Assembly: GCA_946965045.2 (NCBI GenBank)
Contig: OX337229.1
Location: 558,001-622,000 of the forward strand
Length of the DNA stretch: 64,000 bases
DNA from: Epithemia pelagica
Lineage: Eukaryota > Protista > Bacillariophyta
Reading direction: 5' to 3'
Position numbers and translations under genes: made by a program. Of the stretch, positions 34,641-45,665 are shown piece after piece. Below the pieces are notes generated by a model. It saw only the letters and a list, made by a program, of their open reading frames with translations, ran no database searches and was not told the DNA's origin. Every line of letters begins with the position of its first letter. Within the stretch, counting starts at the first letter, position 1.

Positions 34641-35498
34641 CATTTGTTGGGGTTGACAGTCGGCACCTTGTTTGGGCCATTGGAGGGATCGTTCTTTGGA
34701 CTGGTCGTCGGCAAACTGAGTAGAGCACAAGATGGTTCATTTGTTGGGGTTGACAGTCGGCACCTTGTTTGGGCCATTGGAGGGATCATTCTTTGGACTG
34801 GTCGTTGGCAAACTGAGTGGAGCACGAGATGGTTCATTTGTTGGGGTTATCAGTCGGCACCTTGTTTGGGCCATTGGAGGGATCATTCTTTGGACTGGTC
34901 GTCGGCAAACTGAGTGGAGCACAATATGGTTCATTTGTTGAGGTTGACAGTCGGCACCTTGTTTGGGCCATTGGAGGGATCATTCTTTGGACTGGTCGTC
35001 GGCAAACTGTGTGGAGCACAATATGGTTCATTTGTTGAGGTTGACAGTCGGCACCTTGTTTGGGCCATTGGAGGGATCATTCTTTGGACTGGTCGTCGGC
35101 AAACTGAGTGGAGCACAATATGGTTCATTTGTTGAGGTTGACATTCGGCACCTTGTTTGGGAAATTGGAGGGATCATTCTTTGGACTGGTCGTCGGCAAA
35201 CTGAGTGGAGCACAAGATGGTTCATTTGTTGAGGTTGACAGTCGGCACCTTGTTTGGGCCATTGGAGGGATCGTTCTTTGGACTGGTCGTCGGCAAACTG
35301 AGTGGAGCACAATATGGTTCGTTTGTTGAGGTTGACAGTCGGCACCTTGTTTGGGCCATTGGAGGGATCGTTCTTTGGACTGGTCGTCGGGAAACTGAGT
35401 GGAGCACAAGATGGTTCATTTGTGGGGGTTGACAGTCGGCACCTTGTTTGGGCCATTGGAGGGATCGTTCTTTGGACTGGTCATGGGCAAGCTGAGTT
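34634..35498. repeat. Tandem array, 97-bp unit, about 8.9 copies
   Basis: Unit starts at 34731, 34828, 34925, 35022, 35119, 35216, 35313 and 35410. The unit is seven 12-nt blocks plus one 13-nt block, each beginning GG. Confidence 0.98.
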
Positions 35499-35548
35499 TT
35501 GTCCATTGGAGTCTGATGACAAGGCAATTGGACATTTTCATTATTTTA

Positions 35549-37800
35549 TTAGTTGAGTGGTTCTTGAATAGAATCCGATAAATATTTGGTTCTGGTAGAG
35601 TGTTCGAATTTTTCATCAATACGGGCATGTTTGATTCCTTTTGATATCACAGCCTCATGCTTCATGTAAATTTCATGTCCCAATTTGAATGTCGCATCAT
35701 AGGGCCATCGTACAACTAGAGGTCCAACGGTGTAAACAGACATGCCATTTTTCTTCCATAACACAACACCACTCTTTGTGGGCTCGTACACAATTTGATC
35801 GGCCCATACAAGATCAGTGAATCTTTGTGCTTCTTTGTGTTGGGCTTGAAATATGTTGCACACAATACTCTCTGCATTTCTTCGGGAACAAAATTTTCCT
35901 GACACATCTTCAACGGCCTTTGTGAAAGAATCAAGCAGTTGTTTTGTCCCTTGTTCCCCTTTCCTCAAACCATATTCACGGCTCAAGAATGAAAACCACA
36001 TGATTCATGAGTACCTTGTATTTCGAAAGAATACCACAACGGGACACACCCAACAATGGACATTGCATTTATCAGATGATTAGTTCCCACGACACCACAT
36101 GAAGGCAAACTTCCCTTCAATCCCTTCATAGTCATGTTGTATAAGTTTGCCCTTGTTTTCTTGTTCGTTGGTGCATCGTCATATCCGAATGATTGAATGC
36201 AGACAAATACCATATGCCGTATCTGTTCCTTAAACTGCTCGAAGGATGGTAGATTTGTTTCAGAACTTGTTGTAAATCGTGTCCCAGGGATTGGTTTCTT
36301 TGAATTTTTATACGAACCATATATCTCGTGAACTCTTTCCAATAGGTTGTATCCAAATTCCAATCCGGTCTGCTTCAGCACAGGTCGCTGTAATACTTCA
36401 ATAAGCGCAGCGGTAGCAAAGAACGTTGTGAAGGAACACAATGCAAAAGACCGGAAGATGCATATGACCTCCACAAAATCAAGATGGAATTGTTTGATCA
36501 TTCGCAAACTGTAGTGAATAATGGGAGACACATAGATGGACGCCTCTAAGTGACATGGATACAGACTGTAACCAATTCCGCACCAAGCACCATCACTCTT
36601 GGTCGTCGTTGCAAATGTTAATGGGCCAGTGTTTTTTCTTGCATCGTCAATAGATTCATACCTGTGCAATAGGAATCGGAGAGACGGACCAATGTCTTCG
36701 TTCTCCCTGCGCTCTGCATCCAATATGGACTTCCTTGTAGCGGCAATTACTGAAATTCTCAAAGAACGCACACCACATGGAACAACCTTGGAAAGAATCA
36801 CAACCTCTGGAAAATTAGGATCATTGAGATCATCATCGTGAAAGCCACATTGTCCAACTTCTGCTGAATTTACGTCTGTTGCAGCTATCCGAATGTATTC
36901 AATTACATTCTCCTTATCGATTCGCTTTGCATACCTTTCCAGTCGCTGGGTCGAACGGCCATGCCAAACATGAGGACAGTTTTGTTTGATCATTTTTGTC
37001 ATTGTACAAAGTACCTTGACCATTATAGGGTCCATTGTTCCATCCAACATCGAAGGACGTGACAGTCTGTGATTGGCCTTATCACGAGAAAAGGCACCAC
37101 CACCACCAAACCCGGCATCTTGCCAGAGATGTTGTCGTGGCATATGCGTTGATCTGTCACTAACCATCCCTTCTTTCTGCAGAAGTAACAGAGAAGAAAG
37201 ATCCTGCCATGGTAGACCAATCTCCTCTATGATCCGTGTTTCAATAAATTGGAAGTCGGCTGAATTGGGTGGGAAAGAATCTTGCTTTGGAAAAACTGAA
37301 TGGACGGGGATGATACATTCTTCTGGGAACTTGAAATCAGGTGCATTTGCAGTGAAATGCCCATGCGGAATGTGAAGTGATTTGGCCACTGTGCAGACTG
37401 TGACTTCATCCAATGGTTGGTAATTAGAAACAATGGAACTCATGTAGTCCAATCTGGCATGGAAAAAAGGACCTTCGGACATCATCTGCTTTTGTAGCGA
37501 TCTGGGAACGTCCTTCCACTTTTTTGATGGAATTTCAAAAAGGAATGGAAGAGCCATTTTATACTTCACTGATGCTTTCTGATCCATCTTGTGCTTCTTG
37601 GAAACGTGCTTAGGCTGACGTTCTGCATCAATAATCTCACGCGATGTGGAAGTACTTATGTCTCGTGGAACCGACTGGGTCTCGACAGGAACCTTATCAA
37701 CACTCGACCAACTTGTGTCTCCATCAAGTAGATCAGCAATAACACGGAGAAGACCAGATACCTTCCGACAACGACCCTCATCAACGAGTAATCGATCCAT
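35549..37800 (-). CDS. Cargo ORF (605 aa + 150 aa joined by one frameshift near 35990-36004); uncharacterised, with HxDxxN...RxS and HhH-like motifs
   Basis: Two overlapping ORF-track entries. One extra T in the GGTTTTC run fuses them (GTHESCGFSFLSREYGL). Motifs: GFHDDDLND, LRISVIAATRKS, SLPSCGVVGTNHLI, NAESIVCNIF. Confidence 0.7.
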
Positions 37801-37804
37801 TTCG

Positions 37805-39492
37805 GAGAGTCACTGTTCGGACCCAATATACTGTCCCAATGGACTAGTATAGGGTCCTTTGAGATGAGGATCGAGCCAGGTCAAGCAACCAATCACCAGA
37901 AATCAACAATCAACCTCAGTCACTGGTGCCCACTGGTCCAGATGGCAGCTGCAACCCAAAAGAGGACGAGAAAATTCTTCAGCCGAGAGTCACTATTCGG
38001 ACCCAATATACTGTCCCAATAGACTAGTATAGGGTCCTTTGAGATGAGGATCAAGCCAGGTCAAGCAACCAATCACCAGAAATCAACAATCAACCTCAGT
38101 CACTGGTGCCCACTGGTCCAGATGGCAGCTGCAACCCAAAAGAGGACGAGAAAATTTTTCAGCCGAGAGTCACTATTCGGACCCAATATACTGTCCCAAT
38201 AGACTAGTATAGGGTCCTTTGAGATGAGGATCAAGCCAGGTCAAGCAACCAATCACCAGAAATCAACAATCAACCTCAGTCACTGGTGCCCACTGGTCCA
38301 GATGGCAGCTGCAACCCAAAAGAGGACGAGAAAATTTTTCAGCCGAGAGTCACTGTTCGGACCCAATATACTGTCCCAATAGACTAGTATAGGGTCCTTT
38401 GAGATGAGGATCAAGCCAGGTCAAGCAACCAATCACCAGAAATCAACAATCAACCTCAGTCAATGGTGCCCACTGGTCCAGATGGCAGCTGTAACCCAAA
38501 AGAGGACGAGAAAATTTTTCAGCCGAGAGTCACTGTTCGGACCCAATATACTGTCCCAATAGACTAGTATAGGGTCCTTTGAGATGAGGATCAAGCCAGG
38601 TCAAGCAACCAATCACCAGAAATCAACAATCAACCTCAGTCAATGGTGCCCACTGGTCCAGATGGCAGCTGCAACCCAAAAGAGGACGAGAAAATTTTTC
38701 AGCCGAGAGTCACTATTCGGACCCAATATACTGTCCCAATAGACTAGTATAGGGTCCTTTGAGATGAGGATCAAGCCAGGTCAAGCAACCAATCACCAGA
38801 AATGAACAATCAACCTCAGTCAATGGTGCCCACTGGTCCAGATGGCAGCTGTAACCCAAAAGAGGACGAGAAAATTTTTCAGCCGAGAGTCACTGTTCGG
38901 ACCCAATATACTGTCCCAATAGACTAGTATAGGGTCCTTTGAGATGAGGATCAAGCCAGGTCAAGCAACCAATCACCAGAAATCAACAATCAACCTCAGT
39001 CAATGGTGCCCACTGGTCCAGATGGCAGCTGTAACCCAAAAGAGGACGAGAAAATTTTTCAGCCAAGAGTCACTGTTCGGACCCAATATACTGTCCCAAT
39101 AGACTAGTAAAGGGTCTTTTGAGATGAGGATCAAGCCAGGTCAAGCAACCAATCACCAGAAATGAACAATCAACCTCAGTCAATGGTGCCCACTGGTCCA
39201 GATGGCAGCTGCAACCCAAAAGAGGACGAGAAAATTTTTCAGCCGAGAATCACTGTTCGGACCCAATATACTGTCCCAATAGACTAGTATAGGGTCCTTT
39301 GAGATGAGGATCAAGCCAGATCAAGCAACCAATCACCAGAAATGAACAATCAACCTCAGTCAATGGTGCCCACTGGTCCAGATGGCAGCTGCAACCCAAA
39401 AGAGGACAAGAAAATTTTTCAGCCGAGAATCACTGTTCGGACCCAATATACTGTCCCAATAGACTAGTATAGAGTCCTTTGAGACAAGGATC
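37805..39492. repeat. Tandem array, 180-bp unit, about 9.4 copies
   Basis: The sequence recurs exactly every three 60-nt lines with a few variant sites. There are stops in all six frames of the unit. Confidence 0.98.
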
Positions 39493-39888
39493 TGACAGAA
39501 TCAAGCAAAAAGCAACAACCAAATGATCCTTCGAATGAGTTGCTTGTTGAAGCCAACACAAATTCAAAGTCAATGAAAAAAAGTTGCTGGAAAGAGATTG
39601 CCCTTGCAAGTAGAGCAATGAGTGCCTTTGAGCGTTATGCAGAGCTATTCAAATATTCGATCATTCCAAAAGACTTATCTTACAAGACTGTTTTAGCAAC
39701 AAGATCGACAAAACTGTCCATTGTCCATTGTTATGCTGCACTGCACCCATTCAATTTTTGGTGGGTGGGAAGTTTCGAGTGGCAGTTGGTGGTGAGGAAA
39801 AATGGGGACGCCAGCCAAGCCAACACTCGATGAAATTTTTCCTCTTGTGGGAGAGGAAATTTGGTGCGAAAGACAGACTTGGGGAAGG

Positions 39889-39920
39889 ACGACTGTCAGA
39901 CGATTTAGAGGTGGTCACCG
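39889..39920 (-). repeat. Right inverted repeat
   Basis: ACGACTG-T-CAGACGATTTAGAGGTGGTCACCG, the reverse complement of 33134-33165 with one mismatch. Confidence 0.92.
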
Positions 39921-41508
39921 GAGCCAATCCAAATGATTTTATTGTTCACCAGACCGCTTGAAATAAGTCGTTATCCGACAACGAGAAAACTACCTATCAC
40001 CAATCACCACGTATCCCCGTCTTAAAGAATAGGAGTAGCTTTCACCCGGTACTGGCAGGGAAAAGAAACGTCATGCAATCTTGGACTGGACCTACCACCT
40101 TCCATTATTCGGGTTTGGAATCTCCAACATGCCCCTATCATTTCTTAAATAATGTCATTGGAAAGTATAGCATTGTCTCGAAGAATAATCAATCCAATAG
40201 CAGAAATATCAGAAATCCAGTTCTTCTACCCGGCGTCCACTTCCACGCACCCTTGGGAGAAGTTGACTCGTCTGGACCATCCTAAGAGCCCAAGATAGTT
40301 GATTACTCTAGAACTACTACTTCTACACGACAGGTCGTGAGTGGCTGACATAATACTTTATGAATTCTTACAAAAAAGATCAGCTCGACAGCAAACCAGT
40401 CCACACAAGTTCTGGAGGGAAAGTTGCCCCTGAAGCTGATCGAATTGGTTTGCTCACGAGCAGGACTACAAATGGAACGATACTGCCGGTTCCCCTGTTG
40501 ACATTGGATGTTCTGCTGTCTCATGGTATGGCAACACACAAGGCAACCGCTGTTGACTCGTCACCAGTTGTTGTGCGTTGTCGTCTTTCATTGGCCAGCC
40601 GAAAAGAATCGAAAATGAATTTTTCAACAGACAAGACCTTTGTCCGAACGAGCTCAAAGCATGGAGAAGAAAGTCTTCGGAAGGTTGCCGGGGTGATGAG
40701 TTTCTTTGATCACTGAATGAAAAGTATCTCATTGACGATCGAAAGGGGAGGAACAGATTTGACGAACTCAGTGGCAATTCCACAAGTCCCACTGACTCGG
40801 AGTTGTTGCATCTTCTCGTCCTCGGTCAGACGGGGCGCCGCCGAGTTCTGCACTATGCACTATGGCGATTTGTGTCAAGGGCGACAGGCGATTGTTGGGT
40901 GTTCCGTATTGTGACGACATGAAAGTCCACCATACATCAGCATAAAATGTTGGTAGTTCCTGGTTCCCGGGGACAAAAGATGCGAGCATCGAGCATCGAC
41001 CTCGACCGGGTCGCGGAGGGGATACAAGATATTTTTTGGTCGCGGTTGTATGAGGAGGACAAAGGGGGGGTTAAATAATGTCTGCGAATAAAACTTTCGC
41101 GCTTCCACATCGTAGAAGTACGAGTACAGGGCTTTGTTTCACATTTTCAAGATGTTCAATGGTCGATCCATCATACAACATTATTTCAACGGCAGGACAA
41201 GAACAAGAACGTTTGTCTGTACCAAGAAGATTCGCATGCCGATGTCGCAAGTCGCAACATGCAACTTCCAACGTCTCCGAACTGTCCGATATCCAAAGCT
41301 GTTCGACGCGACTGGGATCCTTTGTACGAGTATCCGTAGACATATTATGATGACATACGAGAGATGCCATAGCGCGAATAAGCACAGTGGAATCTCTCTT
41401 GCACTTTGGAGACGTGGTCCAGTTCATTCATGTTGTTGTGGTCGTGTTCCTTCTGTTGGTGAAAATCGAAGAGTGGAGTTTTAATCAGTCATCATAAAAG
41501 GTTTTACA

Positions 41509-42396
41509 ATGGGTTTGAATATCAGGGCACGCTTGCGCAACATCTTTCATAGGTCTCGACCAGTCGATGGTGGGAGCCTCGACGCTCCTCCTCGATCGCC
41601 GGTAAGAATCTCGCCTTCCAAAGCCCAGAGGCCAGTGGTGGTGGAAGTCCTTGAGCCTGGTCCCGTCGTTCTTCGACGAGTTGTGGACGACGAGGGCTGT
41701 GAACGACTGGCGCGTGCGGCCTTTGAAATGGGATCGCAAAACCACGGGGACGATGGTTTTTACATGTCTACGGGAGAACTCAATACGGGAGATGCCGGAC
41801 GAGGAAGGATTTACGATGCGGCTAGTCGTTTTCCTTCCTTTGTCGTGGATCACTGCCGCCATTCAGTTCAGCTGGCGCGCGAACTAGATACGGCCATGCC
41901 CGAGATGGACTGTACCCATGTTCTGCTGAACATGTACACCAACTCCGATGGTTTGACATGGCACCGAGATATCTACGAGAATGATGGACGATCCGATCAT
42001 CCAGTGGTTAATCTATGTGTCGGTGCATCTTGTTCTTTCGGTTACAAACACAAGGATGAGGACGAGGCAAAGATTTTAACACTTCGGTCGGGAGACTGTA
42101 TCTTGTTCGGTGGACCGTGCCGCTTAATCAAGCATTCTGTGTTGAATGTGGATCTCAACGACTGTCCTGCATGGATGAAAGACCAATCGGTTCGTTTTAG
42201 CTTTACGTTTCGAGATTCTCCTGAAGTATTGGGTCGAGAACATGAACTTAAGTACTTCAGAGTAAGCGAGCATTCGGTTGGTCAAGAGACCTTCCATGTG
42301 CCCGTCAGTGAAGAACAGCGTAAGAGTCGAAGAGGGTTGCCTTCAATGGCAACACAGAAGTTTGATCCTAGTTCGATGTATTTGCCGGCTGCATGA
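41509..42396 (+). CDS. alkB: AlkB-family 2OG-Fe(II) dioxygenase
   Basis: LLNMY..SDGLTWHRD, PVVNLCVGASCSF, LRSGDCILFGG..RLIKHSV, RFSFTFR (HxD...H...R). Confidence 0.9.
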   Translation: MGLNIRARLRNIFHRSRPVDGGSLDAPPRSPVRISPSKAQRPVVVEVLEPGPVVLRRVVDDEGCERLARAAFEMGSQNHGDDGFYMSTGELNTGDAGRGRIYDAASRFPSFVVDHCRHSVQLARELDTAMPEMDCTHVLLNMYTNSDGLTWHRDIYENDGRSDHPVVNLCVGASCSFGYKHKDEDEAKILTLRSGDCILFGGPCRLIKHSVLNVDLNDCPAWMKDQSVRFSFTFRDSPEVLGREHELKYFRVSEHSVGQETFHVPVSEEQRKSRRGLPSMATQKFDPSSMYLPAA

Positions 42397-43107
42397 GACA
42401 ACCAGTGAATACGGTCATTGCTTGTTCAAAGCATGAATTGACGCATGAATTTAATATTACATTATATTCTCCATGTTTAGACTCTAGACCTATCTGATTC
42501 TTCTCCTCGTCTATTTTTCTAGGTAAAGCAAGACAAGGAGCACAAAAAAGCTCTAAAAGGTCCCGTAACAAAGTTCCGGTTTGGTGTGTTTTGTGTGTGA
42601 ATGTGTGAGACTCTTCTTCTCGCCTGCCTGCATTCTGCACTCGGCATCCTGCCTCCTGCCTCGCAACTCGCAACTCGCAATAGGCGCATAAATAGCGAGC
42701 TTGCAGGGGCTATTGGTGGAAATAAACCAACTGAACCGTGATATGTACATTTCAGATTAGTCTGAAATGATTGGACACTTTTGGTATCTTAATTATCTGC
42801 CTCCAATAGATCGGGCAGAAGTTTGTACACTGGATAGATACACAGGGAGACACCACACTCCTACTAGCTAGCTAGAGGAGTAGCTAGGAGTACATTTTAT
42901 CTAGCGAGTGGCAGATTAGGGTAGACTGTGAAGCGTAATGGGTAGCACCGGCATCTAAAGGTTGCCATGAAGTATTTCTAGTTTCAAGCGAAATGCAACA
43001 AGCCAAAGAGTACTTATTCTCGTCGTAAACAACAAAACAATACAATTGAGTAGTTGCATCTATGTCTTGATGATACAAAACCATCTTGAACCCATCTATG
43101 GTCCAAT

Positions 43108-43674
43108 CTATTGATTCCAATTCAACATCCACCAGGGAGACCTCTTTTCACTGCTGAAGTTGTTGGACGAACCACCACATTCCACTAGCCGGCCAATTTT
43201 GAGATGCTCCCATGCTTTTTGACCCTTCTTGGAATGAAACTTGAAATCGCGCGTGCAATCCCGAGCACCTCCAGCCCGACTCAAAATGGACTTGGTTCCG
43301 CCGGGATGAGAATGTACATAGGATGTGACATCGTAAATGTCTCGGCCAGCCACAATCCATGCCGAATCGACAGTGTTGTGTCGCCGTACCTGACAAATGG
43401 TGTACGTATCTGTTGCCGCACAGCACTGTCGTGTTTGTCTTGTCTCGGCACTATCTTTGTCCAGCGACTGAAAAGACAACAAATTTAGAGCATCGGATGA
43501 CTTTTCGAGTTCTGTGGTTCGTCTTGCAGAGGCTTCATCAGCCCACAGACATTGCTCCTGACGACAAAGTGACCGACATGCCGCACAACAAACCATTCCA
43601 TCGTCGTCCTCATCATCACTTATTGAAATCACTGCAGGAGATCCAAAAGGTTGCGGCTTTGGGATGGTGGACAT
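43108..43674 (-). CDS. Cytochrome b5-like heme-binding protein with Cys-rich N-terminal part
   Basis: YTICQVRRHN..DSAWIV...IYDVTSYVHSHPGG...RDFKFHS. Confidence 0.9.
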   Translation of the reverse strand: MSTIPKPQPFGSPAVISISDDEDDDGMVCCAACRSLCRQEQCLWADEASARRTTELEKSSDALNLLSFQSLDKDSAETRQTRQCCAATDTYTICQVRRHNTVDSAWIVAGRDIYDVTSYVHSHPGGTKSILSRAGGARDCTRDFKFHSKKGQKAWEHLKIGRLVECGGSSNNFSSEKRSPWWMLNWNQ

Positions 43675-43882
43675 TTCGCTCGTTGATAGCGAGATGCTAT
43701 CGGCCCCTTGGTTGCAATGCAATGCTTCGATCATACTGAGGATACAATTTGATACGAGTAGGCTCTTTCGCTTTTATGACAAGTTTGGAGCCATGAAAGC
43801 AAGAAGTGTGCTGTTCGATATAGTCTTGACGAAAAGGCAAGGAACGTTTGTAACTTGTAACCTGCGCAACGTACTCGGGTGT

Positions 43883-44126
43883 TCGCGTTTGTGGTTGGCA
43901 GACCATCGATCAGTTGATCAGTCATCAAAAAAGGCCTGGGTTGAATTTTCCGCGCTTTGTTCTGTTCGTCCGGGGTGGGTCTGGCACGTGCCATGCACGG
44001 GGCATCGCGTTTGTGGTTGGCAGACCATCGATCAGTTGATCAGTCATCAAAAAAGGCCTGGGTTGAATTTTCCGCGCTTTGTTCTGTTCGTCCGGGGTGG
44101 GTCTGGCACGTGCCATGCAGGGGGCA
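43883..44126. repeat. 122-bp tandem duplication (2 copies, 1 mismatch)
   Basis: 43883-44004 and 44005-44126. Each copy holds the palindrome GGCACGTGCC (43983, 44105). Confidence 0.95.
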
Positions 44127-44669
44127 GCACGCGCCCGAGTAAATTCGGAACAGAATCTTTGTCACCACGCAGTCGCAGAGACACGCAGCCTCCAGTCGCA
44201 GATGGCTTTGGGGGCAACTACCACGGCAAGCAACAAGCTATGGGATACCAGATACCACGAATAGAGCAGATGGACGAATCAGCCGAGAGTGGGACTATAT
44301 TCGTTAATACCAGATTACCAAGAAAGAGAGGTTCATGTTGGTGTTATTATTTACAAAACCAATCCTCTTGGACTCAGTCTGTCGTCTACAGCAGGAACCA
44401 AAGCAACTTTCCCACAAAGGACATTCTCCATGGCCCAAAACAAGTGCATCGTCGTGCAGGTGTGCGTCTCACTTCCAATCAACCAAACAATCCTTCGGAC
44501 CAAGATTTTTCACGTCAACTCCATTTTCAGAACACATGGTACATGTTTCTCTGCCTCCTTGCTCTCGCTCTAAATTGTGCTTGTTGGAGATCTGCAATAA
44601 ATGAGAGCAACACAATAGACAAAGCATAAGCAGGACAGATAAATCAATTGATTGCACTTGATTGCACTG

Positions 44670-44775
44670 ATGACGGCCCCATGATTTCAAGTTTCATTCA
44701 ACGAAAGATGGAAAGTTAACGTGTCGATTATTCCAAGTCTCATGGAATGAAACTTGAAATCGTGGGGAGGGTCAT
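44670..44775. repeat. Short inverted repeat (22/23-bp arms, 45-nt spacer)
   Basis: CCCCATGATTTCAAGTTTCATTC (44677-44699) and GAATGAAACTTGAAATCGTGGGG (44745-44767), with an outer ATGAC/GTCAT extension. Confidence 0.85.
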
Positions 44776-45665
44776 GTGTATTTGAAATTTGACCCGACTG
44801 TTGTCAAGGTAAGGTTTCTGGGATCACGAAATTGCTCCAAGCGCCACCCTGATTCAGTTCGCTAGCTGGTCCTGTGGTTCCAACGAAGGGATGCATGGAA
44901 TATCCAATGTCGATGTATTTGTCTTTCCTTCCTTGGACTCGCTCACGTCGCTTTGGTGCTTGTTCTTGGATCGTCAATCGTCGGCATTTGTGTTTGCCAA
45001 TTTGTGGACGTCCAAATTTGTGAGCGTTGTTCCAACGGACACCGTGCACCCGTTGAAAGTGCATATGGTGCGACTGCTATCATTCGGGCGCGTGGCCGGC
45101 GGCGTGTGTAGGTCCTGTGCCTGTGCATTATGGCCGCAAAAAAGCGCATTGGGCTTCGGCTTCGATCGCGTGCCATCGTAGATGCGACTGGCAATGGCAA
45201 TTACTACTATGGGGTTGGGCCTCTACCGGTAGCTAGCAAATCCAGATCATATACATCGTCGTGAAGTTGCCTATTACTCCAACTATTACGCCTTCCGAAG
45301 GACTACTCCTTTGGGAATGGACTTGGTAATAGGTAACACGGTTCATCTGCGTTGAGATCAAGAGGATGATGTATAATATAGGTGATCTCTGAGCCGAGCT
45401 CATACAATACGAGTCTCTCTCGACGATTGCTTTGTATGAGCTGGTGATGTGCTTTGTACTGTAGGAGCGACCTTACCCTTTTGCGTCATGGTGGTCAGAG
45501 CATACAATATACTATAAGAAGCAATTTCAATTGGGTCGACGTACCTACTCATGAGGTTCAAAGGCTCAATCTAAACAAGTCCTGAGTTATCGCTGACTGT
45601 GGTGAGAGTTGCGATTGATGATGGTGGTTCCCATTTCCCATAGGAAAACAGATCAATGATCAGTG

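Larger units (their letters stand above)
33134..39920. mobile_element. 6787-bp inverted-repeat-bounded element, probably an internally deleted Mutator-like element with cargo
   Basis: Inverted repeats at both ends, two convergent coding units and two internal tandem arrays. No target-site duplication found by eye. Confidence 0.75.

Noticed and set aside
34634-34723. FVGVDSRHLVWAIGGIVL as the MULE GxD catalytic-region strand
   Set aside because: The resemblance is real, but the 12-nt GG periodicity explains the unit better as a Pro-tetrapeptide repeat on the other strand. The catalytic Asp motif is absent.
37805-39492. Selenoprotein or TGA read-through frame continuous with the cargo ORF
   Set aside because: That minus frame has two TGA per unit, but several units also have TAG. 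No SECIS was identified, and the peptide is not recognisable.
37805-39492. Centromeric satellite
   Set aside because: Only ~9 copies, inside an inverted-repeat-bounded element in gene-dense DNA. Unit length alone is not evidence.
33115-39940. Target-site duplication for the element
   Set aside because: Flanks AATTAACCCTCCGTAT and GAGCCAATCCAAATG share no 3-10-bp direct repeat at the junctions. The repeats may be subterminal or the ends eroded.
40300-41430. Gene between the element and AlkB
   Set aside because: Only short ORFs on both strands. I could not build a consistent spliced model or find motifs.
43664-44629. 321-aa plus ORF
   Set aside because: It runs through a 122-bp duplication (not a multiple of 3) in promoter-like DNA, and the product looks random.
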